A DNA stretch of 64,000 nucleotides, taken from positions 92,132,001 to 92,196,000 of the forward strand of contig OX597820.1 of NCBI GenBank assembly GCA_951406725.2, in the 5' to 3' direction. Shown here piece after piece: positions 1-12,243 of this stretch. The first letter of the stretch is position 1; every line of letters begins with the position of its first letter. Source of the stretch: Octopus vulgaris (taxonomy: Eukaryota). The notes beneath the pieces were generated by a model. It saw nothing but the letters and a program-made list of their open reading frames with translations, was not told where the DNA came from and did not search any database. Both the position numbers and the translations under genes were made by a program.

Positions 1-363
<363 letters not shown>

Positions 364-531
364 AACAAAGATAAATGCGATACAATAAAATTAATTATAA
401 TCGCCGGTGTACCAGTACACGCCATATATTATACATATATCATTACATTCAAGGCGAAGAGTGCACTAGATACACAATAGCTGGATAAATTTAGTGAGAT
501 GAAAATTAAAAACTTTTACAAACTTAACTTT

Positions 532-604
532 TCTTATACTGCAGTTTCGCCAAATTCAGTAATAAAAATAGTATTTATTTACTCAGGCTGGCTCTTCAGT
601 AAGA
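532..604 (-). ncRNA. Type I hammerhead ribozyme, intact core
   Basis: Minus strand reads TCTTA-CTGAAGA-GCCA...TGGC-GAAA-CTGCAG-TA-TAAGA. Stem I is TCTTA/TAAGA, stem II is GCCA/TGGC with an AU-rich extension, stem III is the palindrome ACTGCAGT, and the cleavage triplet is GUA. Confidence 0.85.
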
Positions 605-647
605 TTCCTGTTAATGATGGGAAGACCATATCAATAGACCCATGTGC

Positions 648-1032
<385 letters not shown>

Positions 1033-1363
1033 GAGAGAGTATAAGCGGAACCAATATAAAAAAAGTACATTACGCCGGATGTATCGAAAACAATTCAAAA
1101 TTCTTTAGGAATATATCAGTAGCCAGGACATGCAATTAAAATATATTTTTCATAAAAGAAGAGTGTATAATTGAGAATAAATCACAATTGTAACGGAGAG
1201 GGTTAGAAAAACACATGTCTAGAAATAGCAGTTAAAATCGCTATAAAGCCATTATAACCGCTCATATTATGTCACCTCAACAATTTAAGCTGTCGGCGAA
1301 CAACGTGACATAAAAATACGAAATTTAAATAAAAAATTCAAAATTTAAATAAAAAGGTTACTC

Positions 1364-1420
1364 CACTATTGCAATGTCGATGCTACCAACTAAAAGTGGA
1401 TCCATTCTTCTCGTCAGGAG
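1364..1420 (-). ncRNA. Degenerate hammerhead ribozyme (GAAA changed to GACA)
   Basis: Minus strand reads CTC-CTGACGA-GAAG...CATC-GACA-TTGCAA-TA-GTG. It is a paralog of 2150-2206. Confidence 0.6.
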
Positions 1421-2149
1421 AACATTCCTGTACATAGAAATGAACACGAAAAACACACCTTGGGGCTTAACAAGTGTCCCGACCGGCAAGAACCATGTGT
1501 CAGCGTCTATCTACACAATTCAAATTCTGAATTCAAACCTCATGCATAGCGTTTATAAGATATCAGTTAAACGAGCCACGGTGAAAAACTGGATATGAGT
1601 GAAAAATAAAAAAAATAAAAAAGGAATGTAAAAATACATTATGCAGGATATATCGTAAACAATTGTAGAAGGATCCATTTTTGGTTCCTAACTTGGAAAT
1701 TGCAATAGAAAACTAATCTTTCATTTTTGTTTAAATTTTGAATTTTTATGTCATGTCGTTCGCCGACTGCTTTTATTGTTGAGATATAATACGGTTTAGC
1801 TGTTATTTCTAGACATGTATAACAGTGATTCATTCACAATTGTACACACTTTTATGGAAAAAATCTTTTGATTGCATGTTCTGGCTACTGATATTTTCGT
1901 ACATAATTTTGAATTGTTTACGATACATTCTGCGTAATGTGTTTTTACGTTCATTCCCCTTTTATTATTTATTTTTTACTCATATCTAGGTTTTCACTGT
2001 GGCTCGTTTAGCTTCTTATAAACGCTGTGCATGACGTTTGAATTCAGAATTTGAATTGTGTAGATAGACGCTGACATTATTCTTGCTGGTCAGGAAACGT
2101 GTTAAGCCCCAGGTATATTTCTGTGTTAATTTCTATGCAGAGGAATGTT

Positions 2150-2206
2150 CTCCTGATGAGAAGAATGGATCCACTTTTTGTTCCTAACTTCGAAATCGAA
2201 ATAGAG
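2150..2206 (+). ncRNA. Type I hammerhead ribozyme, intact core
   Basis: CTC-CTGATGA(2153-2159)-GAAG...CTTC-GAAA(2192-2195)-TCGAA-ATA-GAG, with an AUA triplet and a short stem I (CTC/GAG). Confidence 0.75.
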
Positions 2207-2406
2207 CTCTAACCATTTTTTGTGATTTAAATTTTGAATTTTTATGACATTTTGCTCGCCGACAGCTTTTATTGTTGAGATGATATAATATGAGTAGTTA
2301 TAGTGGCTTCATAGCGGTTTTAGCTGCTATTTCTAGACATGTGAGGATTTTGCTGTTTCCGTTATGATTGAGATTTATTCACAATTGTACACACTTCTTT
2401 TATATA

Positions 2407-2918
2407 CTGTAAATCCTCGAGTATAATCCACATTTTTTCCCCAAAATTTAAAAGTCAAAATCCCTAGTGAGGACTACATACGAGGTTAAAAATGAAAATT
2501 ATTCTCTAAGCAATGTCCGAGTCTCTATTCCCTGTCCAACAATGTTCATTCAGACGCATTTTGTGATTTTGGGCGCCAAAATACCTTGAGCTAAGCCAGA
2601 AAGCAATGAAGTCATAAAAGAATCATCCATAACATGCAGTAAGCAACATTTATTAAACGTTATTACTCTTATTTCTTTATTTTCTGCAAACAAAATGCAC
2701 AAAACAGCTACACGTTTGCATTATGTTATATATACAATAATAATAAAGGACGTTACCATATACATTTTTACAAACCAAGGAAGTTATATAGACCTCCTTG
2801 ACTCAAATTAGAGAAGGAGTGCATATTATACGCAAGGTTTAGGTTTTTCAGGGGTACAGCCCCCTAAAACTCCCCTGCGTATTATATTCAAGGGTGGACT
2901 ATATTCGAGGATTTACGG
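2407..2918. mobile_element. MITE, Tc1/mariner-pogo type
   Basis: TIRs CTGTAAATCCTCGAGTATAATCCAC and GTGGACTATATTCGAGGATTTACGG, with TA on both flanks and no ORF. Confidence 0.85.
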
Positions 2919-2956
2919 TATATAATTACAACAAAAAGTAAAATTCTAGTCGTATT

Positions 2957-2997
2957 GTTACCTAAAGTTTCGTATCCTTGTGGACAGCTCGTCAGAC
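2957..2997 (-). ncRNA. Minimal hammerhead ribozyme, core intact, weak stem I
   Basis: Minus strand reads GT-CTGACGA-GCTGTCC-ACAA-GGATAC-GAAA-CTTTAG-GTA-AC. Confidence 0.6.
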
Positions 2998-3419
2998 TCT
3001 ATGCAAAAACAAAAGAAAAAAATTAAACTTTCTACGACATAGACGTGAGAAAACGCTCAGATATCGAGATTTAATGGTTAACCTATAAAAGCGCAAATGA
3101 GGACGGGTTGTCTCCCCTGGACCAGAGAATGAAAATGTTTATAGAGCTGAAATCGACTAAGCAGCAAACGGGGTGATGCAATTTTCCATAAGGTGACGCT
3201 TCAATTGGGCACATTTATAGAAAACTTCTTTACTACTATTCAAAGCGCAAAGTTTTGCATAGTCCTTAAGAATTTTAGATTTTGCAACAATCTCTCCCAT
3301 TAATATATGGGCATGGATGACCTATTATTTTCTACCTGATATCACATGGAGTCCCGTGAAGATATACAAAAAATAAGAAATTCTAACTTCTTCACGGATA
3401 TGATTAAAAACTAATAAAT

Positions 3420-3795
3420 GATAGACACTTACACTAGGCTTTGAAATGATTCTATTACAGAAAAATACAGACACGCTTCCCCACATACTTATAATAACAT
3501 TAACTATGAAGCTAAATAGATAACAATTAGCCTTGGTACAGCAGGCAGAGTAGAGATCTTGGCCAAGAGAAATGCCTTTGTCATTTTACAGGACCACAAG
3601 CCTACTTTTCTCTGTAACCACAAATGCCGCCTGATCAACCTGGTCAAGTCCGAGATTGGCCAGGTGAATAAGTATATACTGAGGAAGATTAATAACGACT
3701 TAAAATCACCAATGAGGTGACGCCATGGTTTATTGCCAACGAGAGGAGAGGCAGGATTAGGTTTACATAGTTCGACATGGTCAATTTTATCCAGT
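3420..3795 (+). pseudogene. Penelope-like element reverse transcriptase fragment
   Basis: Translates ITEKY...INYEAK*I...RVEILAKRNAFVILQDHKPTFLCNHKCRLINLVKSEIGQVNKYIL, then after a frameshift TNEVTPWF...F*FDMVNF. This matches the PLE RT pattern AFITLKDHK..CRLINPAKSE..FDI..FYP. It has stops and frameshifts. Confidence 0.8.
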
Positions 3796-4017
3796 GTTGT
3801 GAGTATTTATTGAGCGAAAACACCTAAAGCTCCACGATGCTCCGACAGGGGGTGGTGCCGATCCCTACTGTACTCTTTCGCCACAACATTCTCTCACTCT
3901 TTCTTCTGTTGGCCTGCTCACTTAGCCAGCCTGGTGGCGTCATTTGAAGGCTAAAACAATGCGAAGCGCATTGTGACCAGCGATAAGTAGCAACATGTGA
4001 TAAACTGGTCGATCACG

Positions 4018-4020
<3 letters not shown>
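3796..4020 (+). repeat. Probable interspersed repeat 3' part ending in (AT)n
   Basis: GC-richer block that abruptly interrupts the PLE fragment and ends at an (AT)n tract. Family not established. Confidence 0.35.
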
Positions 4021-4067
<47 letters not shown>

Positions 4068-5439
4068 CATGCGTGTGTGTGTCTGTGTATATATTTTACG
4101 GATTCTAGACGAAAGAACCGACATCACTATTAACATTTTTAAAACGCTTCTAATTACTGTATTGGTCCCTTAGACTGAACTGCTAAGTTACGAGGACGTA
4201 AGCAATTCGACATTGGTTTTTGAAACTTAAAAATGTTTTACTGTAGAAGTCTGAGAAAAGAATCAAAAGTCCACTATGATTATCAATTATGTTGAAGTAT
4301 ACACACACACATATACACGCTCTATCCTCTCTCACAAACACAAACACACAGACACAGTCACACACACATAAACACAGGTTCACATGCACATATATGCACT
4401 TACAATTGTCAAGTAGAACATTTCTAAGCCGTCGCTTAAACGAACAGAAGCAGGAGACAACTTATATATAACTCAAGCCATACTATTTCAAATACTTGAA
4501 GAAAAAATTAGGTAATATAAGCCAGAATGCTCTCGAAGGATTGGTACGGAACCTATGTCTCCTCGATGAGTATTTACCTAGGATTAAATATCACGACAAC
4601 AACCCTATAAGAAACAAAAGCAAATTCAAACGTTTAAAATAAGTTAAACATTTATAAGAATGATTAATGACCTTCCGAATTACTGATAGGCTTTTGAGTA
4701 TATAACCTGCAGTGTACAAGATATAACATTTTGTATTTAAAATGTAAATAAGAAATAACGTTTAATTAATATGATTAAGTAAATTAATAAATACAGAGAA
4801 TAATAGAATTAAAGAAATAATTAATTACCTTAAGATGCGGATGCGGATGTATATATACATGCATGTATGTATGAATGTATGTATATATGTATATGTATGT
4901 ATACATATACATGTATATATAAATTTTATATATATATATAGACAGATAGATAGATAGGTATACAATATACCTATCTCTATACATGATTGTGTGCAAGTGA
5001 ATGTTTTATTTTACATGTCTAGTAAACATTGATATATATATATATATATATACATATATATATAAATAATGCATATATACATAATACCCCCCCACACACA
5101 CACACGCACACACAAGTACGCACGCACACGCACAAAAACACGCACTTATTACATATTCATTTAAAACGATTGACGTTTACACACATACACACACTCATAT
5201 ATATTTTAAATATATACCCAGGTTTATCAAATACTTTAAGATATGGGTTTTCGAATTATCAAAGTTTCACTGCCTTTAGAGAATGTTTCACAATTACCAA
5301 ATTTCAATTCAGACCAGATCCACTTTACAATGGTAGAAAATTTCCAGAATCAAGAAATCTCGAACTTCGACATGCCATAAAAAAGACAGGTTTGTCATCT
5401 GGAGAACAGAGAACATTCTTGAACTGTCTGATATTTGAT

Positions 5440-6165
5440 ATGCCTGTATTTTTCTACACACCACATGCACTAGCAGTGACCACTTCCCAGCACCCACACC
5501 ACACACCATTATCCACACACCCACATACCGTCTTCAATAGCGTCACCACACATACTATTATATAAGCAGCCACACGTTCCAGACGCGCCCACACATTCAC
5601 ACACGTGTACACACATACCCAGATTTGTCAAAGTCACTTCACTCCTACCCACCTACTCTCTTCCTTGATACCACCGCCCCTACCCTCACCACAACCTACC
5701 TACACATGCCCCACCGCCCCACACACTACCAAACCACTCCACACACTCACACACGATTTTCAATAACGTCACCGCACATATGAGCACCCACAGGTTACAG
5801 ACACACATACACTTACACTGGCACACACCCAGACTTGACAAAGTCACTGGTGCCTATTCGCACACGCACACACTTGCATATTCATACACACCATTCTCAC
5901 CTTCAGTTGGGGGTCACTGTCACTTTATTATCTCCCCTTTTTCCAACTTATTCTTTCAAACTCCTTTTCTAATCCGTCGCCCTGCTTGACCGATAAATCT
6001 ACAGAGTTTTCCATTCTCTCTTTTTTCTCTCTCTTATTCCTTTCCTTTGTAGAGCGTAAGCTCGGAACGTTAAATACTTTTTCATTTTCCCCAAGCGTCA
6101 AAGTAATACACCTGCACGTTGTTCATACACTTGTCTTCGTCTATTTGTTTTTCTATAAATTTCTT
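5440..6165 (+). mobile_element. Dispersed pLTR-like repeat with CA-rich leader and degenerate HHR
   Basis: GAGC-GTAA-GCTC-GGAA-CGTT near 6052-6071, followed by ...AGCGTCAAAGTAATACACCTG...TGTCTTCGTC. Related blocks occur at 20740-21030 (-), 57870-58055 and 63695-63852. Confidence 0.5.
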
Positions 6166-6234
6166 ATATATATATTTATATATATACATTTTTATATATT
6201 GGAGTCGAACGAAGATGTTAACAAAATTCCTTTA

Positions 6235-6313
6235 CTCTCGACATATATTTCGAAAACATGTTTTCATTCCAAAGAAATAAAGGGTGCATTATGCAATCTT
6301 CTCTTCAGGAAAG
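6235..6313 (-). ncRNA. Type I hammerhead ribozyme, intact core
   Basis: Minus strand reads CTTTC-CTGAAGA-GAA...TTC-GAAA-TATAT-GTC-GAGAG, with a GUC triplet. Confidence 0.75.
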
Positions 6314-6423
6314 AATGGGAGCTTCTCTCGACAACAAGACAAACAAAAATTTCGATGACTGCCTACATGGTAAACAAATCGACAATGTCGATTTGTTTAC
6401 CATGTAGGCAGTCATCGAAATTT

Positions 6424-6505
6424 CTTTCCTGATGAGAAGATTGCATAATGCTCCCTTTATTCCTTTGGAATGAAAACATGTTGTGTTCGAAACCTATGTC
6501 GAGAG
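6424..6505 (+). ncRNA. Type I hammerhead ribozyme, intact core
   Basis: CTTTC-CTGATGA(6429-6435)-GAA...TTC-GAAA(6489-6492)-CCTAT-GTC(6498-6500)-GAGAG. Confidence 0.8.
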
Positions 6506-6814
6506 TAAAGGAATGTTAACATCTTCGTTCGACTCCATTCTTTCATTTATTCATATACATCACACAAATTTCTGCACATGAACCCGGAGTTTCTACCCTT
6601 GGACAGATCGCTTCAACCGTGTTTCTGACGTGAATTTGCTACCCAGGTTTCGGTTAAACGAATTTTCCATGCTGACGATAAACATAGGATAATTCATTTA
6701 CCTATTTATATATATATATATTGTGTGGTGAATTTATGGAATGAAATCTCCTAAAACTCATCAGTTTAGACAAAGATGAAGACCAGTTTAAATTTGTAAG
6801 TGAATTTTAATTCA

Positions 6815-6921
6815 TGCACACGATCGTTTCATATAGAGATATAAAAATAATGCAAATTGATGAATGAATTGAATTAGATTAAATTAATTTAATTATATAT
6901 ATCAATATACTCTTCAGTGCA
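6815..6921 (-). ncRNA. Degenerate hammerhead ribozyme (GUG at cleavage site)
   Basis: Minus strand reads TGCA-CTGAAGA-GTATA...TATAT-GAAA-CGATCG-TG-TGCA, with palindromic stem III ACGATCGT. Confidence 0.6.
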
Positions 6922-7259
6922 GGAAATATAAACAAAATTTACAATGAACTTGAGAAAGGATTTAGCAGAAAAATAAAATGTAGGCGATTCATATTTATCC
7001 CTTATGAGAAAGAGATGCGAGTCAAGTTAAATATTAACTATAACTAAATGCTATAACAGTTATTTGAAAATATAAGTAAGGAGATATCAGAGATGTTCCT
7101 TCTAATCTCCTTACTTATCTATATAAATAAATTATGATTTGTATTTAAAATAAAGACATAAAAGTACAGAATGATGTGAACATTTTGTGTAGGTGTTTTT
7201 GCTTTTGAGAGCTTCTGAAACGCAAGTATTATAGATTATGCGCATTGTGGAAGTTGTTT

Positions 7260-7565
7260 TTAGTTACGATGTCTATTTGCGGGTTTAGAATTTGTTTTTT
7301 AAGTTATTTTCTTTTCATACTTGATCTTTTTGATCCTGTTGATGCCTTCCTTGTGTGCCAGATATTCAAGTTCAAACTTAATGTTTATAACTTAATGCAT
7401 TTATTTCAGGTCTACTGTTTAGTTCTAGAAGCATTGTGATTATGTACTTCAGACTGGAAATCTCTGAGTAGATTGTGGCGGATGGAGTTAGCAATGTGCT
7501 GGATGCTCTCTGTTATGCTTCTCTCTGTTTTAGATTTCACTCACTAGAGTTTGTCCTAACTAGAA
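7260..7565 (-). pseudogene. Possible decayed PLE GIY-YIG endonuclease C-terminus
   Basis: Minus-strand fragments GQT... and ...EGINR lie upstream of and in the same orientation as the HHR at 6815-6921. Heavily decayed. Confidence 0.3.
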
Positions 7566-9889
7566 TATTAAGGTCATCTACATACCTACAGTAAAGCAAA
7601 CCAGTTGTGGATTGTTTTCAAATATAGTTCCTCTCAATTTTAACATTTCCGTTACAAGTTCACAGCCATTATAAAACTGCATGCCATGCAAACTTTCTGC
7701 TCTCTTCAAGATGGTGATACGACCCTCGCTGACCGATCGTTGTTAGGAATGCATTCACGTTTTTCTCTGTGCTCCGAGCCAATTTCTGGCCTAAAATTTC
7801 AACACAGCTCTTTCCACTACTGAATATCAGCATTTCCATACACGGCGTTGAGCATCAAACTTCCGAAATACAAGCAACAACACATCAGATTCAACTAATT
7901 ATACCCATGGAAGTGTCATGATAGCCATTTAAAATACATATAACGTTTTAATCACTTTTATATTTTGTTATATAATATTAAGTATCAAAATCTTTCCTCG
8001 CGCAAGATTGTCATTGAAACTATCATAATTTATATTTTATTACCGGGTAGTTTTTGTTTTCAATGTTTTATTTTCGTCTGGCATTGTATAGCGATATACA
8101 TTTATGAACTAACACACATTTTGTATTAATAGTAATATTTGTTTATATTTTTTTATGTTCCTGCTCATTATATTTGTTGTGAATTAGTCATGTGTGAATA
8201 TATCCTGATATCTATGACATAAAATAACGATTCATTCAGTTAAAATGAAATAATAATATAAGACGGTCGTATTAAATTGATTGCATTGTAATAAGATTGT
8301 CCAAATTATGTGTATTTCATAGAAGAGTATTACATCTGTTTTTATTCTAGATCGAAGTGATTGCTTATATGAAAGTTGCGAATAAATTTAGTCCCCAACG
8401 TCTTTTCTCTACTTTGATATGTTGCAAAATAGCGAATATTTCAACACTGAAGCTTATCCAGTTCCAAATTTATCCAATTTTTACTTTATTGTAACTTCTT
8501 ATCAATCACAAAGAATTCAGCCAGGTTACAATACACGAACTCACTGCTCCATATATATGACTCAAAACTCTATTATATAGATGGGTGATAAGACGCGTGC
8601 GAGTTTGCTTTTGCATATATATATATGCATAAATATGGGTGTTTCTGGAAAGGGCATGTTTATTTATATTTATAACATGTTGCAGCAATTGCCTGAGGGA
8701 AATTTCAATTCAAATTTATTTTAATTCTTTTCACATTAAATACATTTGTTTAACATATTTACTACGAAGTTATGAAATTACAGTTTCTCAAAGTTATTGA
8801 AAGATGTGTTGTGGTATTGTACGCGTGATTATATGAGTTTATGTGGAGGAGGTTGCTTCTCTACTTGCTAAATTTTAATCCTCATACATTCATGTGTTGT
8901 TCTTGTGCCGTCTTAAACACGTTCATACATCTGAACTAAGCATAGACAGGAGAGGTATGAGTATCCACGACTTAGGTTTCCAGCGCATATCTTAAGTTGT
9001 TTACTAAATCAGAAATTAGCGAATGTTGATGCAATTTTGCTTTGTTTCCGTTTAAGAGCTGCTAGCAATAAACATACCTTAATTTAGTTTTACCATTGAG
9101 TTCCTTATTTATCCTTTTGTTATTAAGAATAATAGATGCATGGAGATTTCTGTTTCTTCATACAGCTGAAAGGAAGGTGATTTGTATGGTTTCACAGCAT
9201 TCAATAAATGCAGTGCGTAATTGTTCGATGAATTGAAGGCTGATTGTTCCAACATATATTCTTCCCAGCTGGGAAGTCAGCTGCGATAGATCAACGTTAT
9301 ATGCAGATATTTGTAAACTCTCATTCAGTTTCCGCTGAGGACGAGTATAAGAGTCAATTATGTGAAACTTAGATTTCATGTTTTACTATATATACTTTAT
9401 TTTTCAAATCTAACGATGTTCTTTGTTGTAAAGTTAGAAAAGCTGCCTGTACACTATACTTAATACTGTTACTAGAACCTCACGCTGTGGCCAATCAGTA
9501 TGGAATAGATATACATATTCCTGTTTTCACTGGATGCCAGATTAACAGATATATTGTCTCTAGAGGCGTATGATTTGTTCATAAATTGAATAAGAAAATA
9601 TTCCAAGCCTAGTTATTTTTCTCAGAAAAAGTAATGGAAATGAAACATAGAAATGCATATTAGGCTTACATCATAACTTACAATAAGAATTAACTAGTTG
9701 TAGAATATGTGGAGAACAGTCAGATGTTATTAACGAGCAAGTAAGATTCGTGACATATATGATGCTTTCATTAATTGTAATAGATCCCTATGTAATCCTG
9801 TGCAGATATAGCGAAACTTCCTATTGTATTCAAATTTTACCCAGCGGCATATCTAACATGTGGAAGCTAGAAAAGTGAGGTATGCTATT

Positions 9890-10030
9890 ACCCGGTTGCT
9901 ACTCATTTACATCTTGATAAACTAGAGCAAAGTGAAAGAAAATGCTGTGTTGAAAGACACAACACACCACAGGGAGCAGGAATTGAATGCATGTTTTTAC
10001 GCTCTTAATCCCAACCACTAGACTACGCAG
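9890..10030 (-). mobile_element. Old tRNA-derived SINE fragment
   Basis: Minus strand has A-box-like CGTAGTCTAGTGG and B-box-like ATTCAATTCC. Confidence 0.45.
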
Positions 10031-10066
10031 CTTCACAGCTGACCCAATGACAAGGAATTTGTATCC

Positions 10067-10490
10067 AAGGCGGCGAGCTGGTAGAAACGATAGGACGCCG
10101 GGCGAAATGCTTAGCTGTATTTCGTCTGTCTTTACGTTCTGAGTTCAAATTATCCCATGGTCGACTTTGCCTTACATCCTTCCGGGGTCGATAAATTAAG
10201 TACCAGTTACGCACTGGAGTCGATTCATCGACTTAATCCCTTTGTCTGTCCTTGTTTGTCCTCTCTATGTTTAGCCCCTTGTGGACAATAAAGAAATAAG
10301 AAGCGTTAGGACGCCGGGCGAAATGATTAGCTGTTTTTCCTGTCTTTACGTTCAGAGATCAAATTACCCCGTGATAGACTTTGCTTTCATCCTTTCGGGG
10401 TCGATAAATTAAGTACCATTTGCGTACTAGGGTAGAACTAATCGACTGGTCCCCTCCTCAAAATTTCGGGCCTTGTGCCTAGAGTAGAAA
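10067..10490 (+). mobile_element. SINE family B (tRNA-derived head, Meta/Nin-like central domain), dimeric
   Basis: GGCGGCGAGCTGG...GAGTTCAAAT...GTCGACTTTGCCTT..ATCCTT.CGGGGTCGATAAATTAAGTACC occurs twice here and in many other copies in the window. Confidence 0.9.
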
Positions 10491-11149
10491 ATAAAAAATA
10501 AATGTGTGTCCTTATAAAAAGAACAACCTTTTACTCTGTTTAAGCGAATGTAAGATAGCAAATATTTTACCTCGAGGATAATACATTAATATTTTAATTA
10601 CAATATTCTTGCCTGGCATAAAAGTGATACCGTTCTGAGGGTTCTTCAAAATATTGTCCAATTAATATCGTTTTAATATATTTTTGTATTTCCCCACCTA
10701 GCAATTGTAGTACTCCCATTTTCTATTTCTTTAAATTAAACCAATCATAACATTATGCTTCCAGCTTTCAACACAATCTGAATGCATCTGCTTAACGACC
10801 ATGTCCTCAAGGATATATGAATTCTCTTATTAGTTATCACTGGTCTGTCTATGCAGTGCAAAATATCTTCAGAGATCATCACAAGTACCATAATTCAAAA
10901 CAGTCAATTAACTTTATTTTCAGGAAACCATAGCTCCTAATTGACAAACTAATTATGGTTAACGATTCCAAACCAATTTGCAAACATTTCTCGTCTAGAT
11001 GCTAATAGCGTTAGCCATTAATTAATCATTATTTAGTAAACTTTAAATACAAACACGAAAATGAATTGTTTATTCGTGAATTATACATAATTAAAAATAT
11101 GCATATGAGTGTGTATGCGCGCTGATGCATAGATAGATAAACAGAAATA

Positions 11150-11174
11150 GAGAGAGAGAGAGAGAAGGGAAAGA

Positions 11175-11225
<51 letters not shown>
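11150..11225. repeat. (GA)n and (AT)n microsatellites
   Basis: Read directly from the sequence. Confidence 0.95.
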
Positions 11226-11227
<2 letters not shown>

Positions 11228-11684
11228 TAGACGTAGTATGCCTGTTAATGTCTACAATGTATGTGTGACGTATGTATGAGTGCGTGGCCCGTCTATGAGT
11301 TACGCGGGTGAGTTTACGTTTATATGAAAGCACTTGAAATTTAGAAACTGATCAAATTTGTGTGTGTGTGTGTAAGTGTATGTGTCAGTGTTTGTGTGTG
11401 TGTATGTACGCGTGTTTGTGGGGGTGTGCGCGTACTTTTGTATGCTTGCGTGTGACTGAGATGTATGAAGAATTTGTCAAATGAATCTAATATAACGCCT
11501 CAAATCCACCCTTGTAACGAAAGGTCATCTTGTATTGTCTTCTTCATTATTTACAAAGCAGACTTTTCACAGTCCACCGCCGACAGAAAACATTGTAGAA
11601 TTAGTTTATTTTCCGAATTCCAGATAACAGCTGTTTTATTCTAACAGTTCCCCACCTACTTTACTCTGTTCTTTAAATCTTGTA

Positions 11685-11895
11685 TTCTTTTAATTGCTTC
11701 TGTTATTAGACTACGGCCATACTGGGGCACCAGCTGAACGAATTTTAATCTAATGAATCAACCCCGGCATTTACTCTTTGTAAACCTAGTACTTTTTATT
11801 TTGGTGTCTTTTGCCGAAACACTAAGTAACGGGGACGTAAACACACCAGTGTCGGTTGTCAAGCGACGGTGGGGGTAGAAACACAGACACATGCG

Positions 11896-11985
<90 letters not shown>

Positions 11986-12000
11986 CGCATGTGTCTGTGT

Positions 12001-12039
<39 letters not shown>

Positions 12040-12243
12040 CGCATGTGTCTGTGTTTCTACCCCCACCATCGCTTGACAACCGACACTGCTTCTTTCAGTT
12101 TCGGCTACCAAATCCACTCACAAGAGTTTGGTCGGCCCCGAGGCTATAGTAGAAGATGCTTACCCAAATGCCATGCGTTGAGATTGAGCTTGGAACCATA
12201 TGGTTGGGAAGCAAGCTATTTACCTCACAGCCACGACTGCGCA
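11685..12243 (-). mobile_element. SINE family A (tRNA head, CORE-like segment, internal microsatellite)
   Basis: Homologous to 24914-25320 (GGTCGGCCCCGAGGCTATAGTAGAAGA, CTAAGTAACGGGGAC). Contains an internal inverted duplication. Confidence 0.9.

Larger units (their letters stand above)
1049..2400. mobile_element. HHR-bearing ~500-570 bp tandem repeat (retrozyme or PLE pLTR-like) in divergent inverted arrangement
   Basis: TACATTAYGC..GAT recurs at 1066 and 1635, and GGATCCA at 1671 and 2167. 1049-1663 is the reverse complement of the units in 1664-2400. HHR motifs lie at 1364-1420 (-) and 2150-2206 (+), with a truncated one near 1695. Confidence 0.75.
6200..6537. repeat. Long foldback palindrome carrying two divergent hammerheads
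   Basis: Arms run from TGGAGTCGAACGAAGATGTTAAC to GTTAACATCTTCGTTCGACTCCA. The innermost 38 bp are perfectly complementary around a 1-nt loop at 6385. Confidence 0.95.

Noticed and set aside
9166-9176. Possible 11-nt micro-exon after TTTCTGTTTCTTCATACAG
   Set aside because: Such matches arise by chance in 64 kb, and the donor site is weak.
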